Origin: Candidatus Marinacidobacterales bacterium
Lineage (GTDB): Bacteria > Acidobacteriota > Vicinamibacteria > Marinacidobacterales > DATDRI01
Assembly (NCBI GenBank): GCA_965226495.1
Contig: OZ245365.1
Span: forward strand, 5,568,001 to 5,632,000
Length of the DNA stretch: 64,000 nt
Direction: 5' to 3'
Shown here: positions 1 through 9,941 of the stretch, piece after piece
Layout: every line of letters starts with the position of its first letter
How positions within the stretch are numbered: position 1 is the stretch's first letter
Position numbers and translations under genes: made by a program
Notes under the pieces: model-generated
Databases searched by the model: none
The model's input: only the letters and a program-made list of their open reading frames with translations
Told to the model about the DNA's origin: nothing

Positions 1-107
1 AGGACGCGCTGAGGAAGCTCGGGGTTTCTTCGAAACCACCCTTCAACTAGACCCGAAGTTCGAAGCCGCCCGCGTCCGTCTCGTCCAAATGGGCTCCTGA
101 CCTCCGG

Positions 108-1289
108 TTAGGTCGCTGCCTCCAACGCCTGCGTCAAATCGGCAATGAGATCTTCCGTGTCTTCGATCCCCACCGAGTAACGGACGAGCCCTTCCGGAAT
201 CCCCAATGACTCGCGCTCTTGGGGCGTGAGCTCTACGTGACTCGTCGTCGCGGGAGGGCCGGCAATGGTCTCCACCGAGCCCAAGTGCGCGGCCAAGTGT
301 GCGTATCGGAGCCGCGGTAAGAAACCTCGAACGCTTTCGAACCCTCCCTTCAATTTGAAGCTGACAATGCCACCGAAGCCCGTCATTTGTCGACGCGCAA
401 TCTCATGGTGAGGATCCGACTCGAGCCCAGGATAATAAACCTGATCGATGGTGGGATGTTTTTCGAGGAAGCGTGCGATTTCGAGAGCGCTGGCGTTTTG
501 TTGGCGGATACGGAGGTGCAGCGTCTTCATTCCTCGGAGCAGTAAATAGGCGGCCATCGGATGAAGCGAGGGGCCGGTGATCTCTCGATAGTGTGATATC
601 TGCTGGACGAGATCGTGCCTTCCACAGACCACACCTCCCAACGCGTCGGCGTGTCCACCCAGGAATTTCGTCGCACTGTGAACGACCAGATCTGCGCCGA
701 GCTCGAGAGGTCTCTGGTTCACTGGTGTTGCAAAGGTATTGTCGACAACAACGATGGCACCTGTTTCGTGAGCCGCTTTCGAAAGATGGGCGATATCGAC
801 CAACTTCAGAGTCGGGTTGGTCGGGGTCTCGAGGTATACGATCCGGCATCCCCGAGCGATGGCGGCTTCGATCGCTTCGGGATCGGTGGTTTCACAAAGC
901 GTCGCTTCCATCTTGACGCGCGGAAAAAACTCGAGGAATAGCTTACTCGTCCCACCATAGGTGTCTTTGGTGGAGACGACGCGGTCTCCCGAGGAAAGCA
1001 GGCCAAAAAACGTACTGGTGACGGCCGCCATGCCGGTGGAAAAGCTGGTCGCCGCCTCGGCGCCTTCGAGCGCGCGCACTTTTTCTTCGAAGACCTGGAC
1101 GGTGGGATTCGACTGGCGGCCGTAGATGTGTCCCGACTCCTCGGACTTGGCAACGCGCAGCCATTCGTCCAGATCCGGATAGCCGAACGAAACGCTGTGG
1201 ACAACGGGCACCTGGGTCGCGTGCTGCCACCCCTCGCCGCCTTCGCCCGCCCAAACGGCTTGCGTCCCTATCTTGGGTTTTTTTTCCAT
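108..1289 (-). CDS. Cys/Met metabolism PLP-dependent enzyme (cystathionine gamma-synthase / methionine gamma-lyase family)
   Basis: Motifs YGRQSNPT, FSTGMAA, ETPTNP, DNTFATP and the PLP lysine in HSATKFLGGH; C-terminal RYSVGIED. ATG at 1289 follows a purine-rich RBS (ORF track starts at 1298). Confidence 0.9.
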   Translation of the reverse strand: MEKKPKIGTQAVWAGEGGEGWQHATQVPVVHSVSFGYPDLDEWLRVAKSEESGHIYGRQSNPTVQVFEEKVRALEGAEAATSFSTGMAAVTSTFFGLLSSGDRVVSTKDTYGGTSKLFLEFFPRVKMEATLCETTDPEAIEAAIARGCRIVYLETPTNPTLKLVDIAHLSKAAHETGAIVVVDNTFATPVNQRPLELGADLVVHSATKFLGGHADALGGVVCGRHDLVQQISHYREITGPSLHPMAAYLLLRGMKTLHLRIRQQNASALEIARFLEKHPTIDQVYYPGLESDPHHEIARRQMTGFGGIVSFKLKGGFESVRGFLPRLRYAHLAAHLGSVETIAGPPATTSHVELTPQERESLGIPEGLVRYSVGIEDTEDLIADLTQALEAAT

Positions 1290-1323
1290 GCATGCCACCT
1301 ATTCCTCTCCTAATTCCTCCGAG

Positions 1324-3021
1324 CTATCGGAAGGGGAACGTACCGACGACTCCTAACCCCTCGACCACGAGAGCCAGTTCACCCGCCCGCAGTGGTCCCA
1401 ACGTCTCCTCGCCGGCGCCTGGCCAATAGATACGCGCACTCGGAACCTCGGTCTTGGATCCCAGACCAATGTGTACCACGAGCTCGTTCTGGGATGCATA
1501 GCTCGAGCCGGCGCGGACCTCGGTCGTCATAGGCTCGTCTCCTCCAATGTCCAAGACCAGGCGAGCACCGACCGCGTTGCGGTTGGCGGCCCGTCCGATT
1601 AGCAAAAGACGAAGTGCGTTCCCTGACGATGTCTCGTTTGCAAGCAAGTCCGGCCGGTCACCCGAGTTGGCAAAGAGCAGGTCTAGATCGCCGTCTCCTT
1701 CGAGGTCAGCCACCGCTAGACCGCGGCTGACCTTCACCAGCTCGAAACCCGGGCCGACCTCCAGGACCTCGTTGAATCGACCACTACCTCGATTCCAAAA
1801 GATTTGATTCCGCTGCGGGTAGGACGAACCCTCGGTCAATTCTGAGGTGTTATCCAGAACATGCCCGTTGGCCGCGACGATGTCGAGAAATCCATCATTA
1901 TTCAAATCGGCGAAGGCGGTTCCGAACCCGAGAGAGCGGAGCGAAGGACGACCAACCCCTGCATAAGAAGACACATCGGTAAAGAAACCACCCTGGTCGT
2001 TTCGATACAGCGTGTTGAGCTCACCTTGGAAGTTCGTGACGACGAGATCGAGATCACCGTCCCGATCGTAATCACCTACATCAACACCCATTCCAGCGAG
2101 GGCTCGGCCATCCCCATCGTAGGCCACACCGGATTGGAGAGCCTCTTCCGTGAAGTATAACCCTCCGTGGTTTCGAAAGAGAAAATTGGGAACGGTGTCG
2201 TTGGCCACGTACAGATCGCTGAGACCGTCCCCGTCGTAGTCGAACGCCAGGACGCCGAGACCTTTCCCCGACGGTAGTGCGATGCCCGCTTGCTGACTCA
2301 CATCTTCGAACGTGCCGTCGCCTCGATTACGGAATAGAGCATCGGGCAACCCACGAAAAGCGTCGGGCAGGCAATAGGAGCGAAGAACCTTGCCTCCTTT
2401 ACGCTGTGAACAATCGGGATTGTTGTCGAAGCCGAAGTCCAGGTAGTTCGACACATAGAGGTCCAAGTTGCCGTCGCCATCGAGATCGGACCAACTCGCA
2501 CCGACACTCCAAAGGTGGCTGACGACACCGGCCCACTCCGCCACCTCGGCAAAACTCCCGTCGCCGTTGTTGCGGAAGAGTCGGTTGGGACCAAACTCCG
2601 TGACGTAGAGATCTACGTCACCGTCATTGTCGTAGTCACTCGCGGCGGCACCCATTCCATAGCCTGGGAAAGTCAATCCGGAAAAAGCTGTGACGTTCGA
2701 AAAACGTCCCTGGCCATCGTTCCGGTAAAGGGCACCGGTCACAGACTCTTCCCGTTGGAAGCCGGGAAGCATACCTCCGTTTACCAAGTAGAGGTCCGGG
2801 TCGAGATCTCCGTCGTAGTCGAAGAAGACCACGCCGGCGCCCATCGTCTCGATCATGTACTTCTCCCCCGAGGCTCCGGTGACGTGGGTGAAATCGATTC
2901 CCGCACGTGCAGTAATGTCGACGAATTGGAAGGTCGGGGGTTCCTGTGCGGGAGACAAAGACGGTAGGGCGATTACAATCGCGATGACCGGGACGTGAGA
3001 AAGACGCTCCACGCGCGGCAT
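1324..3021 (-). CDS. CRTAC1-family secreted protein (FG-GAP/VCBS repeats plus ASPIC-UnbV C-terminus)
   Basis: Signal-peptide-like N-terminus, repeated DYDxDGDxDL motifs, C-terminal NRNAVGAR...GSSYASQ...HIGLG. The true start may be the GTG at 3012. Confidence 0.9.
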   Translation of the reverse strand: MPRVERLSHVPVIAIVIALPSLSPAQEPPTFQFVDITARAGIDFTHVTGASGEKYMIETMGAGVVFFDYDGDLDPDLYLVNGGMLPGFQREESVTGALYRNDGQGRFSNVTAFSGLTFPGYGMGAAASDYDNDGDVDLYVTEFGPNRLFRNNGDGSFAEVAEWAGVVSHLWSVGASWSDLDGDGNLDLYVSNYLDFGFDNNPDCSQRKGGKVLRSYCLPDAFRGLPDALFRNRGDGTFEDVSQQAGIALPSGKGLGVLAFDYDGDGLSDLYVANDTVPNFLFRNHGGLYFTEEALQSGVAYDGDGRALAGMGVDVGDYDRDGDLDLVVTNFQGELNTLYRNDQGGFFTDVSSYAGVGRPSLRSLGFGTAFADLNNDGFLDIVAANGHVLDNTSELTEGSSYPQRNQIFWNRGSGRFNEVLEVGPGFELVKVSRGLAVADLEGDGDLDLLFANSGDRPDLLANETSSGNALRLLLIGRAANRNAVGARLVLDIGGDEPMTTEVRAGSSYASQNELVVHIGLGSKTEVPSARIYWPGAGEETLGPLRAGELALVVEGLGVVGTFPFR

Positions 3022-3105
3022 TATAGCGGTAGTCGGCCGGAGTGGCCGGATCCTGACACCCGTCCTATACTACCGCCACCATTCACCGGGAACCCGGGTT
3101 TCATC

Positions 3106-3891
3106 ATGAGCCACAAGAAACCACCTTCTGGAACGCAGGCAGTATTGCGTGCAATCGCGTTACTCAAAGCCTTCACCGGAGACAAGCCGGAGATGGACCT
3201 TCCAGATCTCGCCGATCGGGTGGGCCTTACCAGGACGACGACACACCGCTTGTTGTCCGCTCTGGAAAGTGAGGACCTCGTTGCCAAGGATCCGTTGTCC
3301 CATGGTTACCGCTTGGGGCCGGCCGCGATCGCTCTAGGGTCTCGAGCGTTGCGCACGAACGACTTGCGTAAGATTGCCCGGCCGTACCTTGAATCGCTAG
3401 CCGCTCGCACTCGGGAAACGGCAACACTCGAAGTATTGGTAGATGGCTGGATGTTGATCCTCGATGAAGTGCTGGGGGCGCATTTGGTCGGTACGACTCC
3501 TTCGGTCGGAACGTCCTGGGCCATCCATGCGACCTCCACCGGTAAGGTGTTGCTCGCACACCTGCCGGAAACCGATCGAAAGAAGCTCTTGAAGAAACCT
3601 CTTACTCGCTATACCCCGCGCACCATTACCGACTCGCGAGAGCTGCAAAAAGAATTCGATCAGGCGCGCCAGCGGGGTTACGCGATTGCTGCGGAAGAGC
3701 TCGAGGAGGGTTACGTGGCGGTGGGCGCGACCATCACCGGTCCACTCGGGAACCCAGTCGGAAGTCTGAGCGTCGGAGGTCCCAGTGTTCGTCTCAAGCG
3801 GAACCAGCTTTCCGATCTGGGAAAGCTCGTCACCGCAGCTGCCCGCCAGGTCTCGATACGTCTAGGCTACGAGACCACCGACTTCAAGTGA
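3106..3891 (+). CDS. IclR-family transcriptional regulator
   Basis: HTH (QAVLRAIALL...GLTRTTTHRLL), HATSTGK and RGYA...EELEEG effector-domain motifs; ATG at 3106 is in frame with ORF 2995..3891. Confidence 0.93.
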   Translation: MSHKKPPSGTQAVLRAIALLKAFTGDKPEMDLPDLADRVGLTRTTTHRLLSALESEDLVAKDPLSHGYRLGPAAIALGSRALRTNDLRKIARPYLESLAARTRETATLEVLVDGWMLILDEVLGAHLVGTTPSVGTSWAIHATSTGKVLLAHLPETDRKKLLKKPLTRYTPRTITDSRELQKEFDQARQRGYAIAAEELEEGYVAVGATITGPLGNPVGSLSVGGPSVRLKRNQLSDLGKLVTAAARQVSIRLGYETTDFK

Positions 3892-4195
3892 GACCGCAAC
3901 TCGAAACGAGGAGCAGACAGGTCCTCGCGGCCCTCGATGACCGCGACATCTTCATTGTTGGCGGCGACTCCGAACAACCGAGAGGGGAATTCCCCTCCGC
4001 CAATGCTCTTCTCGCCGCGATCCGGAACTCCAAGCATCAATTCGATGAGATCGAGATGGCTGCCTATCCGGAAGGCCATCCCTTCCTCAGTGACGCAGAG
4101 TTACTCGAAGCTCTTCACGAGAAACAACCCTTCGCCTCCTATATGAGCAATGGCGGAAGAAACTGCTGGCACGGCTCGAAACCATGTTGGCTTGA
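3888..4195 (+). pseudogene. metF: Methylenetetrahydrofolate reductase relic with two internal deletions
   Basis: The middle segment DIFIVGGD...EIEMAAYPEGHPF...ALHEKQPFASY resembles the MetF GD and GYPEGH motifs. A second frame from 4145 gives a MetF-like C-terminus EQWRKKLLARLETMLA* (TGA 4193-4195). The GTG start overlaps the IclR stop. Confidence 0.65.
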
Positions 4196-4243
4196 GGGTA
4201 GGATAGACCGGCCAGGAATGTAAACGGACGAGGAGAACTCGGC

Positions 4244-5476
4244 ATGGAGCTCTATGACTTGGGAGATCGCCCGGCGCTGGGAGAAGTTCCATCGAAGATG
4301 CACGCATTCACCGTACGGCAAGACCGTTTCGGAGAACCGCGCGATGCCTGGAAGCGAGAGGTCATCCCGACGCCCACGATCGGTGATCAAGAGGTTCTTG
4401 TCTACGTCATGGCGACAGGGATCAACTACAACAACGTCTGGGCCGCTCTTGGCAAACCCCTGGACGTGATCGCCGAGCGACAGAAGAAAGGCGAGCCGGA
4501 AGATTTTCACGCCGGCGGGAGCGACTGTTCGGGGATCGTCTGGAAAGTGGGTGAGAAGGTCACGAACGTCAAGCCGGGAGACGAAGTCGTCGTCCATAGC
4601 GGTTGGTGGGAACCGGACGATCCGTGGGTCCTATCGGGCAAGGATCCCATGCTCGCGGAGAGCACGCGGATCTGGGGGTATCAGACCAACTACGGTAGCT
4701 ATTGCCAATTCGCACGGGCGCAATCGCATCAATGCCAACCCAAGCCCAAACATCTGACCTGGGATGCAGCCGGGTGCTACATGCTTTGCGCCTCCACCGC
4801 TTATCGAATGCTGATGGGTTGGTCCCCCAACGTCGTGGAGTCAGGAGACGTGGTACTGGTTTGGGGCGCAGCGGGTGGACTAGGAAGCATTGCCTTACAA
4901 ATCGTCAAAGCCGCGGGAGGGCGGGCCGTCGCGGTCGTCTCCGACGATGCCAAGAAAGAGTTTTGCCTCGAGCACGGAGCGGTAGGGGTCATCAATCGCA
5001 AGAACTTCGACCACTGGGGAGCCATGCCGAACACGGCCAGCCCTGAGTACGGAGCGTGGGCGAAGGGTGCGCGGTCCTTCGGCAAAGCCTTATGGGAGGC
5101 CCTCGGCGAGAGGACGAATCCACGAATCGTTTTCGAGCATCCGGGTGAGGCGACGCTTCCGACTTCGATCTTCGTCGCCGCCACCGGCGGCATGGTCGTT
5201 ATATGCGCCGGGACCACCGGATACACCGCGACCATGGACCTTCGTTATCACTGGATGCGTCAAAAGCGATTTCAAGGAAGCCACTTGTCCAATGACGAAC
5301 AGGCGGCGGCCATCAATCAGCTCGTCATCGATGGCAAAGTTGACCCCTGCCTTTCGAAGACTTTGTCTTTCGACGAGATCGGTGAGGCTCATCAATTGAT
5401 GCATGAGAACCGTCATCCGTACGGAAACATGGCCTGTCTGGTGAACGCGACGGAGCCCGGGCAAGGCGCATCGTAG
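4244..5476 (+). CDS. ccrA: Crotonyl-CoA carboxylase/reductase (enoyl-CoA carboxylase/reductase family)
   Basis: [49 protein letters not shown] and [11 protein letters not shown]; AGGAG RBS upstream. Confidence 0.92.
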   Translation: MELYDLGDRPALGEVPSKMHAFTVRQDRFGEPRDAWKREVIPTPTIGDQEVLVYVMATGINYNNVWAALGKPLDVIAERQKKGEPEDFHAGGSDCSGIVWKVGEKVTNVKPGDEVVVHSGWWEPDDPWVLSGKDPMLAESTRIWGYQTNYGSYCQFARAQSHQCQPKPKHLTWDAAGCYMLCASTAYRMLMGWSPNVVESGDVVLVWGAAGGLGSIALQIVKAAGGRAVAVVSDDAKKEFCLEHGAVGVINRKNFDHWGAMPNTASPEYGAWAKGARSFGKALWEALGERTNPRIVFEHPGEATLPTSIFVAATGGMVVICAGTTGYTATMDLRYHWMRQKRFQGSHLSNDEQAAAINQLVIDGKVDPCLSKTLSFDEIGEAHQLMHENRHPYGNMACLVNATEPGQGAS

Positions 5477-5495
5477 ATCCCAACCTTGTGAAGAT

Positions 5496-6011
5496 TTGAA
5501 GCTCGATAAAGCTCTCTTCGCACTCGTGCTAGCCCTGTGCGTCTTGGTCGGCGCACTGATGCTCGTTCCCGACCGGTCGGACTACCACGGTATCACCCAC
5601 CCGGACTTCCCGAGCTTGTTGCAAGGCGGCCCCGGCGCGGAGCGGCACGCGCGCGTCATGGGGCTCGGATGGGCCTTCGGTACTCTTCAACTCGTATTCT
5701 TCGCCTGCCTCATCGCCTTCGGAGCTAAAAAGCAGCATGGCTTACGCGGTCTCGGGAAGCCGCTTCTCTTCGGCCTAGCCTTGAATACGGCCGTTTGGAC
5801 ACTCTGTGTTCTTACATACCGTGTTTATTTGACGGAGCCGACTCACATGCTCCTGCTGGGACTTCCGCTATCGACCGCGATCATGGCCTACGGAATGTGG
5901 CTCGCCCCGACCATCTACACTTTTCTCTTCGTGTTCGGCTTCAAGCGTTGGTACCTCTCGGACCAAGATCTCGCAGCTTACGATCGTCTTATGGAAAGCA
6001 AACAGCAATGA
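5496..6011 (+). CDS. Hypothetical 4-TM membrane protein, probable partner of the downstream SSS transporter
   Basis: Four hydrophobic segments; its stop overlaps the SSS start (ATGA). Confidence 0.7.
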   Translation: MKLDKALFALVLALCVLVGALMLVPDRSDYHGITHPDFPSLLQGGPGAERHARVMGLGWAFGTLQLVFFACLIAFGAKKQHGLRGLGKPLLFGLALNTAVWTLCVLTYRVYLTEPTHMLLLGLPLSTAIMAYGMWLAPTIYTFLFVFGFKRWYLSDQDLAAYDRLMESKQQ

Positions 6012-7501
6012 TGGAGTCACTGCGAAACCCGATCGTCCTCGGGAGCGTCGCCCTCTACATGGCTGTGTGCGTCGGCATGGGCATCTGGGCACTCCAACGA
6101 ACGAAGTCGACGCGCGACTTCTTCATGGCCGGTCGCAACCTCGGCATGCTCGTTACCGGGGTGGCTCTTTTCTCCAGCATGATGAGTGGATTCGGTTTCG
6201 TGGGAGGCCCTGGCCTCGTGTACCTCATGGGGATGAGCTCGGTTTGGATGATCGCAACGGTGCCCGCCGGCTGGGCAGTCACCGATTTTCTGGTCGCCAA
6301 ACGTCTACGAGTATTTGCGGGCGTCTTCGACACCATCTCCCTCCCCGACGCGGTGGCGGCCCGATACGGCAGCGAGACAAGCCGCCTTCTTACTGCGGTT
6401 GCTCTCCTCTTGGGTGTCATGGGCTACCTGGCCACACAGATACTCGCCATGGCGATCGTGTTGCAAACGATCCTCCAAAACTCGCTCGGCGAGATCGGAC
6501 TGGTGACCTGCGCGGCGATCGCCTGTACGGTCCTCGTTTTCTACAGTGTCACTGGTGGGATCATCGCATCCGTCTACACCGATATCGTGCAGGGCACGGT
6601 GATGGTCGTGGCGGGTGTGCTCATTTTTTTCACTGCCATCTCTGTATTCGAAGGTGGCGGGAACGCGGCGACGACGATGATCATGAACGATGATCCAGAG
6701 GCGATCGGTCCCTGGGGAACGCTGGGCATGATCGGCTGTCTCTCTTGGTTCTTCATGTTCACCGTGGGCAATGCCGGACAACCTCACATCGTGACCAAAG
6801 GCATGATGATCCGGCGGCTCCAAGACTATCAATACATTCCGCTCATTTCCGTTTTCGGATACACCCTGACCGCACTACTTTGGGTCAGCATCGGACTCGT
6901 GATGCGAGCACTGGTCCTCCAGGGGGCTCACCCCGAGCTCGCTACGGCCGACGCCGCCGCACCGGAGTTTCTCCAACACTACGCCCATCCGATCCTTGCT
7001 GGTTTGGTTTTCGCGGCGCTGTTTGCCGCCATCATGTCGACGGCGGACGTCTTCCTCAATATCGGGGCCGCCGCCGCCGTCCACGACATCCCGCGGGCGA
7101 TCCTCCGCCGTCCCCTCGCGAACGAGCTCTTCTGGGCTCGCGCGGGCACGATTGTCATCGCGGTCGTCGCTCTACTCTTCGCGATGTACTCCTACTATGA
7201 GAACGCTCGTTTTGTCGCGTTGCTGGGCGCTTTCGGATGGGGTACTTTCGGAGCGGCGCTGGTGCCGGTGGTCGCCATCGGGTTCAATTGGAAACGGGCT
7301 ACACCTTTGGCGGCTAACGTCGCCATCGTATCGAGTCTGCTCGTGAACTTTGGTATCGAAGTCTTCGACGTCAGCATCCCTCATAACATTCACGGCGGCA
7401 CGATTTCGTTGCTGGTTTCCTTATTCCTGTTTTTCACAATCTCTTTTGCTTCGACCCCGCCGAAATTGAGTGCCGACGTCGAAGCTGCGATGGACATCTG
7501 A
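6008..7501 (+). CDS. Sodium:solute symporter family transporter (PutP/PanF-like)
   Basis: DFFMAGRNLG, SGFGFVGGPG, GGIIASVYTDIVQG, GQPH and AAIMSTAD; about 13 TM segments. Confidence 0.92.
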   Translation: MMESLRNPIVLGSVALYMAVCVGMGIWALQRTKSTRDFFMAGRNLGMLVTGVALFSSMMSGFGFVGGPGLVYLMGMSSVWMIATVPAGWAVTDFLVAKRLRVFAGVFDTISLPDAVAARYGSETSRLLTAVALLLGVMGYLATQILAMAIVLQTILQNSLGEIGLVTCAAIACTVLVFYSVTGGIIASVYTDIVQGTVMVVAGVLIFFTAISVFEGGGNAATTMIMNDDPEAIGPWGTLGMIGCLSWFFMFTVGNAGQPHIVTKGMMIRRLQDYQYIPLISVFGYTLTALLWVSIGLVMRALVLQGAHPELATADAAAPEFLQHYAHPILAGLVFAALFAAIMSTADVFLNIGAAAAVHDIPRAILRRPLANELFWARAGTIVIAVVALLFAMYSYYENARFVALLGAFGWGTFGAALVPVVAIGFNWKRATPLAANVAIVSSLLVNFGIEVFDVSIPHNIHGGTISLLVSLFLFFTISFASTPPKLSADVEAAMDI

Positions 7502-8776
7502 TGCCGACGAAACTCCTCAACTTCCTTTTGTTGATTCTCCTCGCGGTGCCGTCCTTCCCACAGGGGTTGCCTAGCGCAAAGCCCGAGGATGTCGGCATGT
7601 CGACGGCGCGACTGGAGCGCATCCGCCCGGTCATGCAGGCCTATGTCGATGAGGGAAAGGTGCCCGGCATGATCACCGCCGTGGCACGGCGGGGGAAGCT
7701 GGTCCATGTCGATCAGCTGGGAATGATGGACCTCGAGCCAGGGAAGAAGATGAGATCCGACACCATCTTCCGCATCTACTCCATGACCAAGCCGGTTACC
7801 GCCGTGGCGATGATGATCCTCTATGAGGAGGGGCGGCATCGCTTGAACGAACCGGTCTCGAAGTACCTCCCCGAATTGCAGAACTTGACGGTCTAGCTGG
7901 GGGGGGCTGGGCAAGAATCTGCGCACGGAGCCGGCGAGGCCGATGACGATCAAGCACCTCCTCCTTCACACCTCAGGTTTGATCTATGGAGCCGATGAGC
8001 CCGGAGTCCCCCAACTCTACCGGGACGCCGAGATCTGGGAAGCGGTCAGCCTTGAGGACTTCGTCGACAAGCTTGCGGGGCTTCCGCTTCTCGCCCAACC
8101 GGGAACGGAGTGGAATTATGGCGTATCGACGGACGTTCTCGGTCGATTGGTAGAAGTCCTTTCCGGAGAACGTTTCGAAGAATTCCTGGAAGAGCGCATT
8201 TTTCTGCCCCTCGGGATGGTGGACACGGCCTTCTACGTTCCGGACGAAAAGCTCGACCGCTTCGCAGCCAACTACCAAGCCACACCAGAGGGTGGCTTGA
8301 AGCTCATCGACTCGCCCAAAAACAGCGAGTTCCGAAATCCGAATCCAGTGCCCTACGGCGGTCAAGGCCTGGTCTGCACCGTCGGCGACTTCGTACGTTT
8401 CGCCCAGATGCTCGCCAACGGTGGAGAGCTCGACGGGGTTCGGATCCTCGGACGCAAGACCGTAGACTTCATGATGCTCGACCATTTGGGACCCGAGCTG
8501 GGGCCCGCGCCGCTCGGCGAGGCCGCGGGTTGGTACGGGATGAGCCCCGAAGGCTTGGGCTTCGGACTTGGCGGCTCCGTCGTGCGCAACGTCGCTCAGA
8601 ACTCCTTGATCGGCTCGACCGGCGACTTTTCCTGGGGCGGGGTAGCGAGTACCTACTTCTGGATCGATCGGAGCGAAGCGCTCATCGCCGTGCAGTTCAC
8701 CCAACTCATGCCCTCCGACAAGTATCCGATCCGTGCCGAGATGAAAATCCTCACCAATCAAGCCATCATCGACTGA
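7501..8776 (+). CDS. Beta-lactamase-fold serine hydrolase with signal peptide, split by frameshift(s) near 7894-7912
   Basis: SxxK (YSMTK) lies in 7501..7896; LLLHTSGL, WNYGVSTDVLG and FSWGG lie in 7943..8776. The junction TAGCT-G8 can be read as VYAGGAGKNLRTEPARPMT if indels are corrected. Confidence 0.82.
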
Positions 8777-8794
8777 ACGCAAAAAGCGCAGAAT

Positions 8795-9934
8795 ATGACA
8801 CAAGACGTTTTCGCTCCCCAACTGAGCATCGGACCTCGCGTCCGCAAGTCACCCTACTTCGACGCCACGTTGCGGTGGGGGGTCAAAGCCTTCACGATTT
8901 ACAACCATATGTACATGCCGACCGTCTTTACCGATCCGGTGGACGAGTACTGGAAGCTCGTGAAGAACGTCACGTTATGGGACGTGGCCTGCGAGCGACA
9001 GGTCGAGATCACCGGTCCCGACGCAGCCAGGTTCGTCCAGCTCTTGACACCGCGGAATCTCGCGAAATGCGCGGTAGGTCAGTGCAGGTACGTGATCTTC
9101 ACGACAGAGGACGGCGGGATTCTGAACGACGCGGTCCTGCTACGCCTCGGCGAGAACCAGTTCTGGCTCTCCCCGGGGGACGGCGACGTGCTCCTATGGG
9201 CGCAAGGCGTCGCGGTGAACTCCGGGATGGACGTCACTATCGACGAGCCCGATGCGTCACCACTCCAGCTTCAAGGGCCGAAGGCGCCTCTGGTGGCCCA
9301 AGCCCTTTTCGGTGACCGGGCACTCGACCTCTCCTACTACCACTTACGGGAGACTGAGCTCGACGGGATTCCACTTGTCTTATCTCGCACCGGCTGGAGC
9401 GGCGAGCTCGGCTACGAGCTCTTCTTGAGAGATCGCCGCCAGGGCGATGCCCTTTGGGAAAAAGTCATGACGGCAGGCAAACCATACGGCATCGCCCCCA
9501 TCGCGCCGAATCTCATTCGGAGCGTCGAGGGTGCCATCTTTTCTTACGTCTCCGACATCACGCGCGAAGACAATCCATTCACCATCGGTTTCGATCGCAT
9601 GGTCGATCTCGACCATGACTTCATCGGCCGCCAGGCGCTCACAAAGATCAAAGCAGATGGCGTCAAGCGCCGCTTGGTAGGTGTCGAGATCTCCGGCGAT
9701 CCGTTACCCGGGAACGATCAATTCTGGTATGTAACGGTCGGCGGAAAGAGGGTCGGACGTGTGACTCGATGCGTTCACTCGCCTCGATTGAAGAAGAACA
9801 TCGGCTTCGTCAACGTGCCGACCGAATATTCCGAAGCCGGTTCGAAGCTCACCATCGCCGTGCCTTCAGGCGACGCCGAGGCCACGGTGGTACCGACGCC
9901 GTTCGTCGCGTCTCAGAAGAAGATCCCACGGTAA
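8795..9934 (+). CDS. GcvT-family THF-dependent methyltransferase, DmdA-like clade
   Basis: RVRKSPYF, YNHMYMP, WDVACERQVEITGPDA, LQGPK, RTGWSGELGYE, APNLIRSVE. The YNHM, ERQVEI and PNLI motifs are typical of DmdA and its sister clade rather than true GcvT. Confidence 0.85.
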   Translation: MTQDVFAPQLSIGPRVRKSPYFDATLRWGVKAFTIYNHMYMPTVFTDPVDEYWKLVKNVTLWDVACERQVEITGPDAARFVQLLTPRNLAKCAVGQCRYVIFTTEDGGILNDAVLLRLGENQFWLSPGDGDVLLWAQGVAVNSGMDVTIDEPDASPLQLQGPKAPLVAQALFGDRALDLSYYHLRETELDGIPLVLSRTGWSGELGYELFLRDRRQGDALWEKVMTAGKPYGIAPIAPNLIRSVEGAIFSYVSDITREDNPFTIGFDRMVDLDHDFIGRQALTKIKADGVKRRLVGVEISGDPLPGNDQFWYVTVGGKRVGRVTRCVHSPRLKKNIGFVNVPTEYSEAGSKLTIAVPSGDAEATVVPTPFVASQKKIPR

Positions 9935-9941
9935 CCCGCGC

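Noticed and set aside
7899-7906. G8 tract as a phase-variation switch in the serine hydrolase
   Set aside because: The TAG stop (7894-7896) lies before the tract, so tract length alone cannot restore the frame; similar indels are common in the window.
8110-9315. Long alternative-frame ORFs (also 20352..21494, 42435..43367, 7973..8821)
   Set aside because: These are shadow or antisense frames overlapping well-supported genes, as expected in GC-rich DNA.
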